A stretch of DNA of 56,317 nucleotides, filler included, from Candidatus Desantisbacteria bacterium CG1_02_49_89 (GTDB lineage Bacteria; Desantisbacteria; UBA1551): assembly GCA_001871075.1 (NCBI GenBank). It is 4 parts of 4 records of this genome, joined end to end, with 100 filler letters (N's around TTAATTAATTAA, not from the genome) between each part and the next. Parts side by side here need not be neighbours in the genome. Positions count along the whole stretch, not along the records: positions 1 to 14,912 come from MNUP01000068.1; positions 15,013 to 30,912 come from MNUP01000069.1; 2 more parts are not named here. The stretch is one strand, 5' to 3'. The position numbers and the translations under genes were made by a program. A model generated the notes under the pieces. That model was not told where the DNA came from. It worked only from the letters and a program-made list of their open reading frames with translations, and did not search any database. Positions 9,277-19,964 of the stretch are shown here, piece after piece (position 1 is the first letter of the stretch; each line of letters starts with the position of its first letter).

Positions 9277-10116
9277 ATGGGTAAAATAATAAGCTGGTGG
9301 CAGCATATTCCGGAGCACATCAACCCCAATCTTTTCGTGATAGGGCAGTTCCAGTTGAGGTATTACGGGTTGATGTATATAGCCGCGTTCGCGGCGGTCT
9401 ACCTGTTTTCTGTTCACAGGATAGAGAAGGAAAACCAGGGATACACAAAGGAAACGGTGCAGAATTATTTTTTATGGGCTGTGCCGGGGTTGCTGATAGG
9501 CGCAAGGCTCGGTTACGTTTTTCTGTACGATTTCGGCTATTTCGCGGCCCGCCCGCTTGAGATAATCCTGCCCCTGGATCTTTCGCGGGGCATACGCTAT
9601 ACGGGCATTTACGGGATGTCATACCACGGCGGTTTTTTAGGTTTATTAATTTCAACAGTGTTATTCTGCGCCAGAAATAAGCTGGATTTCTGGGGCCTTG
9701 CCGATCTTTTTGCGGTCGCGGCGCCGCTTGGTTTCACGTTCGGAAGGATAGGCAATTTTATAAACGGCGAGCTTTACGGAAGGATAACGTCCGTTCCCTG
9801 GGGCATGTATTTTCCCCTGGCCGGGGATGGAGCCCTGCGCCATCCTTCCCAGCTCTACGCGGCGTTCCTTGAAGGAATCTTGATCTTTCTTATCCTGCGG
9901 GCTGCCGAGAAGCGCAAGCTTCGCAGGGGCTTTCTGCTTTCCTTATATATAATACTCTACGGGGCAGCGAGGTTCGCGGGCGAGTTCGCAAGGGAGCCTG
10001 ATCCCCAGCTGGGGTTCGTGTGGGGAATATTTACCATGGGCCAGGTCCTTTCGCTTGTAATGGCGGCATGCGGCGTGTTTATCATGCTAAGGCCCCGAAA
10101 AAAAGAAAATACTTGA
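9277..10116 (+). CDS. lgt: Prolipoprotein diacylglyceryl transferase
   Basis: RYYGLMY, GARLGYV, GMSYHGG, FGRIGNFINGELYGR, RHPSQLY, EFAREPD. Confidence 0.96.
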   Translation: MGKIISWWQHIPEHINPNLFVIGQFQLRYYGLMYIAAFAAVYLFSVHRIEKENQGYTKETVQNYFLWAVPGLLIGARLGYVFLYDFGYFAARPLEIILPLDLSRGIRYTGIYGMSYHGGFLGLLISTVLFCARNKLDFWGLADLFAVAAPLGFTFGRIGNFINGELYGRITSVPWGMYFPLAGDGALRHPSQLYAAFLEGILIFLILRAAEKRKLRRGFLLSLYIILYGAARFAGEFAREPDPQLGFVWGIFTMGQVLSLVMAACGVFIMLRPRKKENT

Positions 10117-10141
10117 CAAATTTTGTCGGATATGATATAAT
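10113..10141 (+). promoter_or_regulatory. Sigma-70 promoter with an overlapping palindromic operator candidate
   Basis: TTGACA (10113-10118), 17 nt, TATAAT (10136-10141) with upstream TG; dyad GACAAATTTTGTC overlaps the -35. Confidence 0.8.
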
Positions 10142-10179
10142 GTTACCGATATGCGTTTAATCGGTCGGTGCTTTTGCGC

Positions 10180-10262
10180 GTCATTGCGACCCGCCAATAT
10201 TCGTGGCGGGGAAGCAATCCCGCAGTTAAAAGCGAGATTGCTTCGCTATTGCTCGCAAAGAC
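10180..10262. repeat. REP-like element GTCATTGCGA...GAAGCAATC...GAGATTGCTTCG...TCGCAAAGAC with nested CCCGCC...GGCGGG hairpin
   Basis: Imperfect inverted repeat; the nested hairpin recurs at 38582-38602. Confidence 0.7.
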
Positions 10263-10287
10263 ATCTGTAAACAGATAAGGGATAACC

Positions 10288-10986
10288 ATGAATATGGAAA
10301 CATTGCGCAGGATAAGCTACGGCATGTACATTATAAGCTCAAAAAAGGGCGAAAAGCTGAACGGCCAGATAGCGAATACCGTGTTCCAGATAACATCCGA
10401 GCCCCCGACGATAGCCGTGAGCATAAACAAGCAGAACCTGACCCACGACTGCATCAGCGGATCCGGTGTTTTCAGCGTTTCAATACTCGCGAAAGACACG
10501 CCCATGAAATTCATAGGGGCATTCGGTTTCAAGAGCGGCAGGGAAACCGATAAGTTTGCCGGGGTTAAATACCTTACGGGAAAGACGGGCGCTCCCGTTG
10601 TGCTGGACAATGCCGTGGGTTTCCTTGAAGCGGAAGTGTTGTCAAGGTCCGATGCCGGGACCCACACGATCTTTATTGGCAAGGTTATTGAGGCCGAGAT
10701 AATCGGTCCCGCGGAGCCAATGACCTACGCCTACTACCACGAGGTGAAAAAGGGCCTTTCTCCGAAAACCGCGCCGACCTATATCAGGGAGGGAGCTATG
10801 CCTGAAAAAAACGAGGCAAAAGCAAGCAGTTACAAATGCACCGTATGCGGGTATATATACGATCCTGCAAAAGGAGACCCGGACGGGGGCATCAAGCCCG
10901 GAACTCCTTTTGAGCAGATCCCTGATACCTGGGTATGCCCGGTGTGCGGGGCCGACAAATCCGTTTTTGAAAAGGTCAAAGAATAA
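10288..10986 (+). CDS. hrb: High-molecular-weight rubredoxin (flavin reductase domain + C-terminal rubredoxin)
   Basis: Flavin reductase-like N-domain ([16 protein letters not shown]); CTVCGYIY...WVCPVCG rubredoxin. Confidence 0.9.
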   Translation: MNMETLRRISYGMYIISSKKGEKLNGQIANTVFQITSEPPTIAVSINKQNLTHDCISGSGVFSVSILAKDTPMKFIGAFGFKSGRETDKFAGVKYLTGKTGAPVVLDNAVGFLEAEVLSRSDAGTHTIFIGKVIEAEIIGPAEPMTYAYYHEVKKGLSPKTAPTYIREGAMPEKNEAKASSYKCTVCGYIYDPAKGDPDGGIKPGTPFEQIPDTWVCPVCGADKSVFEKVKE

Positions 10987-11122
10987 CCACGGAGGCACGG
11001 AGACACCGAGAAATACATTTTTGCCACTAAAGGCAATGAATTCACCGAGATAATTTTTTAACTTCCAGCATTCAGCATTCAGCAAACAAACTGGATACTG
11101 GATACTGGTCACCGGACACTGT
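10986..11122. repeat. CACGGAG array and CAGCATT / CTGGATA heptamer arrays
   Basis: Visible; CACGGAG family also at 14308-14433, 19180-19202, 43937-43964. Confidence 0.7.
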
Positions 11123-11140
11123 CGTTATTAGGAGGAGAAT

Positions 11141-12328
11141 ATGGCTGTAAGGGAGATAAGGCCCGGTGTCAGCTGGGTCGGGGTAATAGACTGGGACAGG
11201 AGGCTGTTTGACGAGCTTATACCGCTCCCTGAAGGGACAAGCTACAATTCCTATCTTGTGAAGGGCAGCGAAAAAACCGCTCTTATAGACACCGCGGACC
11301 CCAGCAAGGAAAAGGAATATATCGAAAACCTTAAAAACTCAGGTATAAACAGGATAGACTTTGTTATCTCAAACCACGCGGAACAGGATCATTCAGGCGC
11401 GATCCCCGCGGTGCTTAAAGCTTATCCTGAAGCAAAGGTCGTTACCAACCCCAAATGCAGGGATATGCTCAAAGACCTGCTCCTGATCCCTGATGAAAAA
11501 TTTATAACCGTGAATGACGCAGAGACACTTTCGCTGGGAAATAAGACGCTGGAATTTATAACCGCTGCCTGGGTTCACTGGCCAGAGACGATGTTCACAT
11601 ATCTCCGGGAAGACAAGATCCTTTTCTCCTGCGATTTCCTCGGTTCTCACCTGGCATCATCAGGCCTGTTCTCAACCGATGAGCCGCACGTGTACAGGTC
11701 CGCTAAACGCTATTACGCGGAAATAATGATGCCTTTCAGGGCGAACATAAAAAAACACCTTGAAAAAATAGGCAGCCTGCAGGCAGACGTGATCGCGCCA
11801 AGCCACGGCACAGTCCACAAAAACCCGAAGTTCATACTGGACGCTTACAGGGACTGGGTTTCGGATGAAGTTAAGAACGAGGTTGTGCTGCCCTACGTTT
11901 CAATGCACGGCACTACCCTTGCCATGGTCAGCCATTTCACGGACAGGCTTCTTGAAAAGGGGATCGCGGTGAAGCCGTTCAATCTCACGAAAACCGATAT
12001 CGGCGAGCTTGCGATGGCGCTGGTGGACGCCGCAACGGTTGTCATAGGCTGCCCTACGGTCCTCGCTGGCCCGCATCCCGCGGCTGTTTACGCGGCTTAC
12101 CTGGCAAACGCGTTAAGGCCGAAAACAAAATTTGCTTCCGTGATCGGTTCGTTTAGCTGGGGAGGCAGGATGCTCGAAACGATCACCGGAATGCTCTCAA
12201 ACCTGAAGGTTGAACTGATAGAGCCGGTGATCATAAAAGGATTTCCGCGCGATGAGGATTACAAGGCGCTTGACAGGCTGGTTGATACAATTGCTGAAAA
12301 ACATAAGGAACTTGCTATATTGAAATGA
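11141..12328 (+). CDS. fprA: Flavodiiron protein (A-type flavoprotein)
   Basis: GTSYNSYL, NHAEQDHSG, VHWPETM, SCDFLG, APSHG, C-terminal flavodoxin (YVSMHGTT, GSFSWGG). Confidence 0.95.
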   Translation: MAVREIRPGVSWVGVIDWDRRLFDELIPLPEGTSYNSYLVKGSEKTALIDTADPSKEKEYIENLKNSGINRIDFVISNHAEQDHSGAIPAVLKAYPEAKVVTNPKCRDMLKDLLLIPDEKFITVNDAETLSLGNKTLEFITAAWVHWPETMFTYLREDKILFSCDFLGSHLASSGLFSTDEPHVYRSAKRYYAEIMMPFRANIKKHLEKIGSLQADVIAPSHGTVHKNPKFILDAYRDWVSDEVKNEVVLPYVSMHGTTLAMVSHFTDRLLEKGIAVKPFNLTKTDIGELAMALVDAATVVIGCPTVLAGPHPAAVYAAYLANALRPKTKFASVIGSFSWGGRMLETITGMLSNLKVELIEPVIIKGFPRDEDYKALDRLVDTIAEKHKELAILK

Positions 12329-12340
12329 GAGTTCCTATTC

Positions 12341-12389
12341 ACCCTCACCCCACCCTCTCCCCTCGAGGGAGAGGATTAAGGTGAGGGGG
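12341..12389. repeat. CCCTCACCC..CCTCTCCC..GGGAGAGG..GGTGAGGGG palindromic element
   Basis: Strong hairpin; related half element at 26330-26366. Confidence 0.65.
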
Positions 12390-12432
12390 TCAAATTTTCT
12401 GTGTCCGAGCATTATTTATAAGGGAGGTAAGA

Positions 12433-12963
12433 ATGGCCGACGAAAAATATCTTGAAGCGCTGAAGATGGCGATCGGCATGGAAAGGAAGGGCCAGAAAGC
12501 GTATAGTGATATGGCCGCAAGGTCCAGGAACCAGCTGGGCATGAAGGTATTTGCCTATCTCGCGAAGGACGAGATCGCCCATATAGAGGCGATAAAGGAA
12601 TTCTCGGTAAAGCTCGCAGGCGGCAGAATCCTGCCTGATGTGGAAAAACTTGTAACGCGAGAGCACCATAAAGGGAACGAAACAATATTCAATAGACCCC
12701 TGGAAGAGCTGAAGGACAGTGCCGGGATCGGAGCAGGAGACCTGAAAGCATATAAAACAGCCATGCAGACAGAGAAAGACGGGTATGAATTTTATAAGGA
12801 GTGCCTTGAAGGCGCGACCGATGAAATGGTAAAGAAATTATTCACGTTCCTGATCGAAGAGGAGAGCTCGCATTACCAGATCCTGCAGGATACCTACCAG
12901 TACCTTGCCCACCCGGCAGACTGGTTCGCCAAGCAGGAGCGGCCGATATTTGAGGGCGGATGA
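12433..12963 (+). CDS. Ferritin-like / rubrerythrin family protein
   Basis: Two ExxH di-iron repeats (AIGME...DEIAH; AMQTE...EESSH). Confidence 0.88.
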   Translation: MADEKYLEALKMAIGMERKGQKAYSDMAARSRNQLGMKVFAYLAKDEIAHIEAIKEFSVKLAGGRILPDVEKLVTREHHKGNETIFNRPLEELKDSAGIGAGDLKAYKTAMQTEKDGYEFYKECLEGATDEMVKKLFTFLIEEESSHYQILQDTYQYLAHPADWFAKQERPIFEGG

Positions 12964-13028
12964 CGTGAAAAATATAAGTCAAAAGTTAAAAGGCAAAATT
13001 TAAAATGCAAAATTTCCATATTGTTACT

Positions 13029-13061
13029 CTGACACGTTGATACGCTGATACGTTGACACGC
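13029..13061. repeat. TGACACGT/TGATACGC octamer array
   Basis: Visible; family also at 20893-20925, 28470-28506, 35453-35571, 36410-36492, 37240-37316. Confidence 0.8.
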
Positions 13062-13076
13062 ATTTGTGAGGTTTTT

Positions 13077-14309
13077 ATGCGTAAAGTTTATTTAGATAAC
13101 CATTCCTGCACGAAAATCGACGAGCGGGTCCTGGCCGAAATGCTGCCCTTCCTGAAAGAGGAATACGGCAACGCCCAGAGCATGCACGCGCTCGGGGCAA
13201 AAGCGAAAGACGCGCTTGAAAAAGCGCGCTCGCAGGCCGCTTCCCTGATCGGCGTGAAGGCCGAGGAGATATATTTTGCGTCCTGCGGCTCAGAGGCGAA
13301 CAACCTTGCGGTAAAAGGGGTTGCGCAGGCTTACGCGCAGAAAGGCAGGCACGTGGTAGTTTCCGGAATAGAGCACTTTTCCGTTCTTTACGCGGCAAGG
13401 CGGCTCAGCCAGCAGGGTTTTGAGGTGACATACATTCCGGTGGACAAATACGGCGCTGTTTCACCGGAAGACGTGAAAAGATCGGTCAGGAAAGACACGG
13501 TCCTTGTTTCCGTGCAGCACGCGAACCCGGAGATAGGGACTGTCCAGCTTGTAGAGGAAATATCAAAGATCGTTCACGGGCAGGGAGCGGTTTTCCACAC
13601 GGATGCCGTGTGCACCGCGGGCATTGTTCCAGTGGACGCGGGCAGGTTCGGGGCAGACCTCCTGACCTTTTCAGGTTCTCAGTTCCACGGGCCCAGGGGA
13701 GCAGCTGCGCTTTATGTTAAAAAAGGCGTGAAGATAGTGCCTCAGATCGACGGGGGGATACAGGAAGGCGGAAGGCGGGCCGGCACTGAGAACATTCCGG
13801 CAATAGCCGGGTTTGGAAAGGCGTGCGAGATCGCCGCAGCTGAAATGGAAGGGAATATTGAAAAAATGATACTGCTCAGAGACAAGCTTATAAATGGGAT
13901 GCGGGAAAAAATAGAATATATATACCTGAACGGGCATCCTGAAAAAAGGCTTCCCAACAACGTGAATTTCTCGGTCGAGTTCATTGAGGGGGAAGGAATG
14001 ATGCTGCTTCTTGACGAGGCAGGGATCTGCGTTTCAAGCGGTTCTGCCTGCGCTTCAAAAGCACTGAAGATGTCCCATATCCTGACCGCGATCTGCGTTG
14101 ACGCCGCGGTTGGCCAGGGCTCGGTTCTTATGACGCTTTCAAAATACAATACCGCAGAAGATGTCGATTACGTGCTGGCCGAGTTCCCGCCCATCGTGAA
14201 AAAGCTGAGGGATATGTCCCCGCTTTACGCCTATTTCAAAAAGACCGGTAACCGGCAGGTTGCGGGTCCGGGTACAGATTACGATCACAAACACAAGGAC
14301 GAAAATTAA
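13077..14309 (+). CDS. iscS: Cysteine desulfurase IscS/NifS-like (PLP lysine replaced by Gln)
   Basis: VYLDN, GSEANN, IEH, NPEIGTVQ, HTDAV, RAGTEN, SSGSAC; SxHK motif reads SGSQ. Confidence 0.9.
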   Translation: MRKVYLDNHSCTKIDERVLAEMLPFLKEEYGNAQSMHALGAKAKDALEKARSQAASLIGVKAEEIYFASCGSEANNLAVKGVAQAYAQKGRHVVVSGIEHFSVLYAARRLSQQGFEVTYIPVDKYGAVSPEDVKRSVRKDTVLVSVQHANPEIGTVQLVEEISKIVHGQGAVFHTDAVCTAGIVPVDAGRFGADLLTFSGSQFHGPRGAAALYVKKGVKIVPQIDGGIQEGGRRAGTENIPAIAGFGKACEIAAAEMEGNIEKMILLRDKLINGMREKIEYIYLNGHPEKRLPNNVNFSVEFIEGEGMMLLLDEAGICVSSGSACASKALKMSHILTAICVDAAVGQGSVLMTLSKYNTAEDVDYVLAEFPPIVKKLRDMSPLYAYFKKTGNRQVAGPGTDYDHKHKDEN

Positions 14310-14467
14310 CCACAGAGGCCACGCCTTAAAGATTGGCGGGCACGGCACGGAGACATAGAGAATTATTAGAGTCAGAGATTCAAAGAGCCGTAGAGTCAAA
14401 GTAGAAACTCTGTGCCTCGGTGTCTCCGTGGTTTATCTTAAATCGGTGTAATCATATCGGAGGTTAT

Positions 14468-14845
14468 ATGCCATTTTATTCGGAAAAAGTGCTTGATCAT
14501 TTCAAGCATCCCAGGAACGTGGGGGAAATAGAGAATGCTGACGGGACAGGGGAGGTCGGGAACCCGGTTTGCGGGGACATGATGACTTTCTACGTCAAGA
14601 TCAAGGATAACAAGATCGAGGACGTTAAATTCAAAACCTTCGGCTGCGGCGCTGCGATAGCCGTATCGTCTATGGTGTCTGAGATGGCAAAGGGGAAAAC
14701 GCTTGAAGAAGCGATGAAGCTGACCAACGAGATGGTCGCACAGGAGCTTGGCGGCTTGCCGCCCAACAAGCTTCACTGCTCAAACCTGGGCGCGGACGCC
14801 CTTCACAAGGCCATAGAAAACTATCTCACCAAACAAAATAAATAA
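14468..14845 (+). CDS. iscU: Fe-S cluster scaffold IscU/NifU
   Basis: YSEKVLDHF.HPRNVG, GNPVCGD, FKTFGCGAAIA, LPPNKLHCSNL. Confidence 0.96.
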   Translation: MPFYSEKVLDHFKHPRNVGEIENADGTGEVGNPVCGDMMTFYVKIKDNKIEDVKFKTFGCGAAIAVSSMVSEMAKGKTLEEAMKLTNEMVAQELGGLPPNKLHCSNLGADALHKAIENYLTKQNK

Positions 14846-14912
14846 TTTCCACGAAAGCACGAAAGTGTCACGAAAGCACGAAAGTAGATCTATTTTGCTC
14901 ATGACACATGAC

Positions 14913-15012
14913 NNNNNNNNNNNNNNNNNNNNNNNNNNNNNNNNNNNNNNNNNNNNTTAATTAATTAANNNNNNNNNNNNNNNNNNNNNNNNNNNNNNNN
15001 NNNNNNNNNNNN
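14913..15012. other. Artificial contig spacer (N-run with TTAATTAATTAA)
   Basis: Identical 100-nt spacer occurs three times in the window. Confidence 0.98.
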
Positions 15013-15254
15013 CACCTGCATTTCACGCCCACATCCAGTTCGTGGGTAAACCTGGTGGAACGGTGGTTCTCCGAGATCACAACAAAAAGAATCCGCCGCG
15101 GGTCGTTCAAGAATGTTAAAGAGCTGATTATGGTTATTAAGAAATATATTGAATCGCATAATCAAAACCCGAAAGTATTCGTTTGGACTGCCTCTGTTGA
15201 AAGCATTATGAAAAAGATTTCAAATGTAAAGATCTGTTAGAGACACCACACTAG
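15013..15254 (+). mobile_element. IS630-family element, right end (transposase C-terminus, truncated by contig edge)
   Basis: HLHFTPTSSSWVNLVERWFSEITTKRIRRGSF...PKVFVWTAS; ends GAGACACCACACTAG. Confidence 0.9.
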
Positions 15255-18073
15255 AGTTGAGCGACGCATCTTTCACACAGCTGCGTATGGCTGCTGTTCT
15301 TCCCCACGCTTTCGCTATAATTCCAGCACCTTGAACACTTTGCGCCTTCGGCGCGGCCGGCACCTATCTTGTAAGCACCTAACCCTTCTATCGCCGCTTC
15401 GGGAATACTCATGCCTCCGTATTCCTTTTTTTCAAGTTTTGCTACATCGGCCTGGGAGACTATTAATATCGCTTTCCAGTCTTCGCATGAATTCAAAAAT
15501 CCGTATGCGGAATCGTCGAAGACGAACAGTTCAATTTTAGCTTCCAGGGAATTACCTATCTCGCCTTTGTTCCTCAGATTTTCAAGGCATTTATAAACCT
15601 CTTTCCTTATAAGGGCTATTTTACCCCATTTTGATTCCAGCCCGCTGTCCGTGAGCCCGGCATCCGCTTCAAGCCAGTCCGCAAGCAAAGGGCTTTCCGG
15701 ATCGTCGTGTTTCATGTACCCCCATATTTCCTGCGCGGTAAATGAAAGCATGGGCGTGATCATCCTTACCAGGATCGATAGCACCCTTTCAAGCACGGTC
15801 TGGGCAGAACGTCTTTCTTTTGAATCAGCCCTGAACGTATAAAGCCTGTCCTTGAGGATATCAAGATAAAAAGAACTAAGGTCCACAACGCAGTAATCAT
15901 AAATTGTCCTGAATACTCTGTGGAATTCGAAATTCTCGTATGACGAAGTGACCTCTTTCTCCACGCTGTTCAGAAGGCTGAGCATATACCTATCGATCTC
16001 GGTAAGCCCGGATAACGGGACCCTGTCTTTCTCCGTGAAATCATAAAGGTTGCCGAGCAGGAACCTTGCGGTGTTCCTGATCTTCCGGTACGCGTCACTG
16101 AGATGCTCAAGTATGTCCGGGGATATCCTGACGTCAACAGTATAGTCCTGCGACATGACCCAAAGCCTGAGGATATCGGCGCCGTATTTCTGTATTATCT
16201 CTTCCGGGCTTATGACGTTGCCAAGTGATTTTGACATTTTCCTGCCGTCCCCGTCCACCACGAAACCGTGCGTCAGGACCGATTTAAAAGGGCTGGTTCC
16301 AAGGAGAGCCGCTGAGGGGATCATACTGTGCTGGAACCACCCCCTGTGCTGGTCGCTGCCTTCCAGATAAAGGTCCGCGGGAAACGACAGGCTGGGATCG
16401 CTCCTCACAACCGCTTCATAACTCACGCCTGAATCGAACCACACATCAAGTATGTCTGTTTCTTTGCGGAATTTGCCGCTGCCGCATCCCGCGCATTTTA
16501 CGTCTTTGGGCAGTATGCTGCCCGCATCGTACCTGAACCAGGCATCCGAACCTTCTTTTTCAAACAGGTCCTGCACAACCCCTATGCTCTCTTTCGTCAT
16601 AAGGGGCTTGCGGCAGCTTTCACAGTAGAAAATTGGGAGGGGCACGCCCCAGTACCTCTGCCTGGACATGCACCAGTCAGGCCTTGTTTCCATCATTGAA
16701 GAGATCCTGTTCTCGCCGGCCGGAGGTACCCATTTCACTTTCTTGATTTCATCGAGGATCCTTTTACGCAGGCCGTTCCTGTCAATATCAAGGAACCACT
16801 GCTCGGTTGCGCGGAACACAATGGGGTTTGAACACCTCCAGCAGTGCGGGTAAGAATGGGTTATGAAATCAATATAATCATCGGCGTTTGACATTATTCT
16901 ATGAAGTAGTTTTTTTTCTTTCAAATACTCGACAACAATACCATTGGCTTCCTTGAGCACGGATCTGCCGACCATAAAATCAGGTGCTTCGTCCGTATAT
17001 CTGCCGCTGTTATCAACCGGGGAAAAAATCGGCAGGCCGTTTTTCTTCCCCGATTTATAATCCTCCTCTCCGTGCCCGGGCGCCGTATGCACGCAGCCTG
17101 TTCCGTCTTCAAGCGTAACGTAATTCTCAAGGATTATTCTCGATACTTTTCCCGGGAAGAAAGGATGTCTGCAGGCTATTCCCGCAAGCTCTTTGCCGGC
17201 TTTTGAATCTTTGATTTCAAATTTAATATCGCCGCCCAGCTTAGAATGAAGCTCATTATTCCATCTTTCCCTGGCAACGATCAAAACCTCGCCGTTCATC
17301 CCGATAAGATCATAAATGTAATCCGGATGCAGGGTGACAGCTTCATTCGCCACAAGGGTCCAGGGCGTTGTTGTCCAGATCAAAAACGAGACGGGTTCAT
17401 TTAGGCCGAATATTTTTTTCGGATCGATAACAGGGAATCGGACAAATATCGAAGGCGACTGTTTCTCTTTATATTCAACCTCGGCTTCCGCGAGAGCCGT
17501 CTCGCACGTGGCGCACCAGTATACGGGCTTTAAACCCTTGTAGATATACCCCTTGTCCACAAGATCCTTGAAAACTCCTATTATCCTGGCTTCATACGCC
17601 GGGTCCAAAGTCAGGTAAGGTTTCCCCCACTCGCCTACCAAGCCCAGCCTTTTAAATTCATCCCTCTGGATATTCATGAACCGCAGCGCGTAATCCTTTG
17701 CCTTCTTCCTGAATTCCAGCTGGTTGATCTCCGCCTTGGAAATGCCAAGTTCTTTTAAAAGCTGCAGCTCCACCGGCAGGCCGTGGCAGTCCCACCCGGG
17801 CACATACGGGGCATCAAAGCCCTTCATGGACTTATACTTCACAACGACGTCCTTAAGGATCTTGTTGAGCGCCGTCCCGATGTGCACGTGGCCGTTTGCG
17901 TAAGGCGGGCCGTCATGCAGCACATATTTAGGCTTCCCTTTGTTTTTCTGCCTCATTTTCTCATACAGGTTGATTTTTTCCCAGAACTCAAGTATCCCCG
18001 GCTCTTTTTTTGCCAGGTCAGCCTTCATGGGAAAATCAGTTTTCGGCAGGTTTAAGGTGTCCCTGTATTCCAT
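15251..18073 (-). CDS. ileS: Isoleucine--tRNA ligase (type 1)
   Basis: [48 protein letters not shown]-terminal CxxC...CxxC. Confidence 0.98.
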   Translation of the reverse strand: MEYRDTLNLPKTDFPMKADLAKKEPGILEFWEKINLYEKMRQKNKGKPKYVLHDGPPYANGHVHIGTALNKILKDVVVKYKSMKGFDAPYVPGWDCHGLPVELQLLKELGISKAEINQLEFRKKAKDYALRFMNIQRDEFKRLGLVGEWGKPYLTLDPAYEARIIGVFKDLVDKGYIYKGLKPVYWCATCETALAEAEVEYKEKQSPSIFVRFPVIDPKKIFGLNEPVSFLIWTTTPWTLVANEAVTLHPDYIYDLIGMNGEVLIVARERWNNELHSKLGGDIKFEIKDSKAGKELAGIACRHPFFPGKVSRIILENYVTLEDGTGCVHTAPGHGEEDYKSGKKNGLPIFSPVDNSGRYTDEAPDFMVGRSVLKEANGIVVEYLKEKKLLHRIMSNADDYIDFITHSYPHCWRCSNPIVFRATEQWFLDIDRNGLRKRILDEIKKVKWVPPAGENRISSMMETRPDWCMSRQRYWGVPLPIFYCESCRKPLMTKESIGVVQDLFEKEGSDAWFRYDAGSILPKDVKCAGCGSGKFRKETDILDVWFDSGVSYEAVVRSDPSLSFPADLYLEGSDQHRGWFQHSMIPSAALLGTSPFKSVLTHGFVVDGDGRKMSKSLGNVISPEEIIQKYGADILRLWVMSQDYTVDVRISPDILEHLSDAYRKIRNTARFLLGNLYDFTEKDRVPLSGLTEIDRYMLSLLNSVEKEVTSSYENFEFHRVFRTIYDYCVVDLSSFYLDILKDRLYTFRADSKERRSAQTVLERVLSILVRMITPMLSFTAQEIWGYMKHDDPESPLLADWLEADAGLTDSGLESKWGKIALIRKEVYKCLENLRNKGEIGNSLEAKIELFVFDDSAYGFLNSCEDWKAILIVSQADVAKLEKKEYGGMSIPEAAIEGLGAYKIGAGRAEGAKCSRCWNYSESVGKNSSHTQLCERCVAQL

Positions 18074-18226
18074 TTCCACTCCAAATAACCTTTAACCACG
18101 AATTAACACGAATTTCCACGAATTCTTACTTTGTAAACTCTGTAAACTATATAAACTTTGTAAACCAGCATGGATTGTATTTATCCGCATACATCCGGTC
18201 TTTTCATACGTATGCATCCGCCATAT

Positions 18227-19051
18227 TTATATTTTCTCGATGGTGCGGGCGACCAGTTGCGTCAGGATAGGCTCAGCCTTTGCCGCAGTTTTTAGTATCT
18301 CCTCGATATTCGCGGGCGCAAGAGCGTCGGGAAGGCACCTGTCAGTAACGCATGTTATGCCCAGCACCTTCAGGCCGCAATGCTTTGCGACTATGACCTC
18401 CGGGACAGTGGACATCCCTACCGCGTCCGCTCCGATCATCCTGAAAAACCTGTATTCAGCAGCAGTCTCAAGGTTCGGGCCGGTAACCCCGACATATACC
18501 CCCTTGCATACCTTGATCTTCTCATCCCTTGCCACTTCCTCGGTCAGCCTGATAAGTTCCGTATTGTAGGTATTATACATGTCGGGGAATCGCGGTCCCA
18601 GTGAATCGTCGTTAGGCCCAACGAGCGGGTTCATGCCCATAAGATTTATGTGGTCGGTTATTATCATCAGGTCCCCGAGGCTGAACTGCGGGTTCAGGCC
18701 TCCTGCAGCGTTGGATTCCACCAGGATCTTTATGCCCAGCGCCTTCATTACCCTTATGGGAAAAGTGATCTGCTCAACGGAAAAACCCTCGTAATAGTGG
18801 AACCTGCCTTCCATTGCAACCACTTTTTTACCGCCCAAATTTCCCAGCACAAGCTGTCCCTTGTGCCATTCGATCGTAGTGGACGGAAAATGCGGTATTT
18901 CATCGTATGGTATTTTTACGGGTTTTTCGATCCTGCCCGCAAGAGACCCGAGCCCTGTTCCCAGTATTATTCCTATCTGAGGGCCGAAGGTGCCGGACTT
19001 TGAAATAATGTGTTTTGCCGCTTCCTCGACTTTGTCTTTTAACTGCGACAT
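18227..19051 (-). CDS. punA: Purine-nucleoside phosphorylase (trimeric family)
   Basis: [50 protein letters not shown]. Confidence 0.95.
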   Translation of the reverse strand: MSQLKDKVEEAAKHIISKSGTFGPQIGIILGTGLGSLAGRIEKPVKIPYDEIPHFPSTTIEWHKGQLVLGNLGGKKVVAMEGRFHYYEGFSVEQITFPIRVMKALGIKILVESNAAGGLNPQFSLGDLMIITDHINLMGMNPLVGPNDDSLGPRFPDMYNTYNTELIRLTEEVARDEKIKVCKGVYVGVTGPNLETAAEYRFFRMIGADAVGMSTVPEVIVAKHCGLKVLGITCVTDRCLPDALAPANIEEILKTAAKAEPILTQLVARTIEKI

Positions 19052-19079
19052 TGATGCCTCCTGTAATAGAAATTAATAT

Positions 19080-19108
19080 ATTATAACATATTTAATACTT
19101 AAAGTCAA
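19080..19108 (-). promoter_or_regulatory. Sigma-70 promoter for punA-ileS
   Basis: TTGACT-17-TATAAT with TG on the minus strand. Confidence 0.7.
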
Positions 19109-19146
19109 GCAAAAAACGTCATTTTTTGTCGTAAAACAACCAAAGA

Positions 19147-19547
19147 TTTCCACGAAAGCACGAAAGTATAACGAAATAAACCACAGAGGCACGGAGGCAC
19201 AGTCCGCCCGTCTTTCAGCGGGCGAGACCTCGCCCCGATGTTAATCGGGGCGGGAGACTACCTTGTAAATTTTCTGGCTTTTGCTGATAACTGACCGTAT
19301 AAAACGAGTTCCCCTTTCTGCTTTCTTGAGAAAGCAGGGGAACAACTCATAACTGACAACTGCTTTTGCAACACCGAATTAACACGAATAATGCTTTGGG
19401 CGGGCAAGCCCGCCCCTACGCGCACGCAAGCCTAAAGGCTTGCCCTACGAAACCCAACCTGTATAAACTTTGTAGCCTGTGTAAACTTTATAAACTCTGT
19501 AAACTATTTTATGCTGACTGCTGGCCACTGGACACTGGACACTGTTT
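19147..19547. repeat. Intergenic mosaic of tandem arrays, GTAG/CTAC REP-like hairpins and a TCCGCC...GGCGGG mini-element (19203-19254)
   Basis: At least six repeat families seen elsewhere in the window are concatenated here. Confidence 0.8.
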
Positions 19548-19548
19548 A

Positions 19549-19890
19549 TCAGCCCGGAGGCCACTCCAGCTTCCTGCCTCCGAGCATGTGGTAATGGATA
19601 TGGTAAACCGCCTGCCCTGCGTTGGGCCCGCAGTTCACAACCACCCTGAACCCGTCAACAAGGTTTTTCTGCTGCGCTATGGTGATCGCGGCTTTGTGCA
19701 CGCTGTAAACCAGGTCTTTATCCTCATCTTTAAGCCCCAGCAAAGTCGGTATGTGTTTCTTAGGCACGATCAATATGTGGACAGGCGCCTTCGGGTCAAC
19801 GTCATTAATGGCAAGCACATTGTCGTCCTCATACTCAATTTTGCTCTGGACCTCCTTCTTTGCTATCTTGCAGAATATGCACTCCGCCAT
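19549..19890 (-). CDS. hinT: Histidine triad nucleotide-binding protein (HIT)
   Basis: CIFCKI, P.APVHILIVPKKH, AGQAVYHIHYH, LEWPPG. Confidence 0.95.
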   Translation of the reverse strand: MAECIFCKIAKKEVQSKIEYEDDNVLAINDVDPKAPVHILIVPKKHIPTLLGLKDEDKDLVYSVHKAAITIAQQKNLVDGFRVVVNCGPNAGQAVYHIHYHMLGGRKLEWPPG

Positions 19891-19964
19891 GCTTTCCTCC
19901 TTGATTACACAGATTTTTAAATATGATTACACTGATTTTAAATTTTGAATCTGTGTAATCAATT

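Noticed and set aside
14886-14912. Possible IS left end at the contig edge
   Set aside because: Too short, and no match to the IS630 right end at 15240-15254
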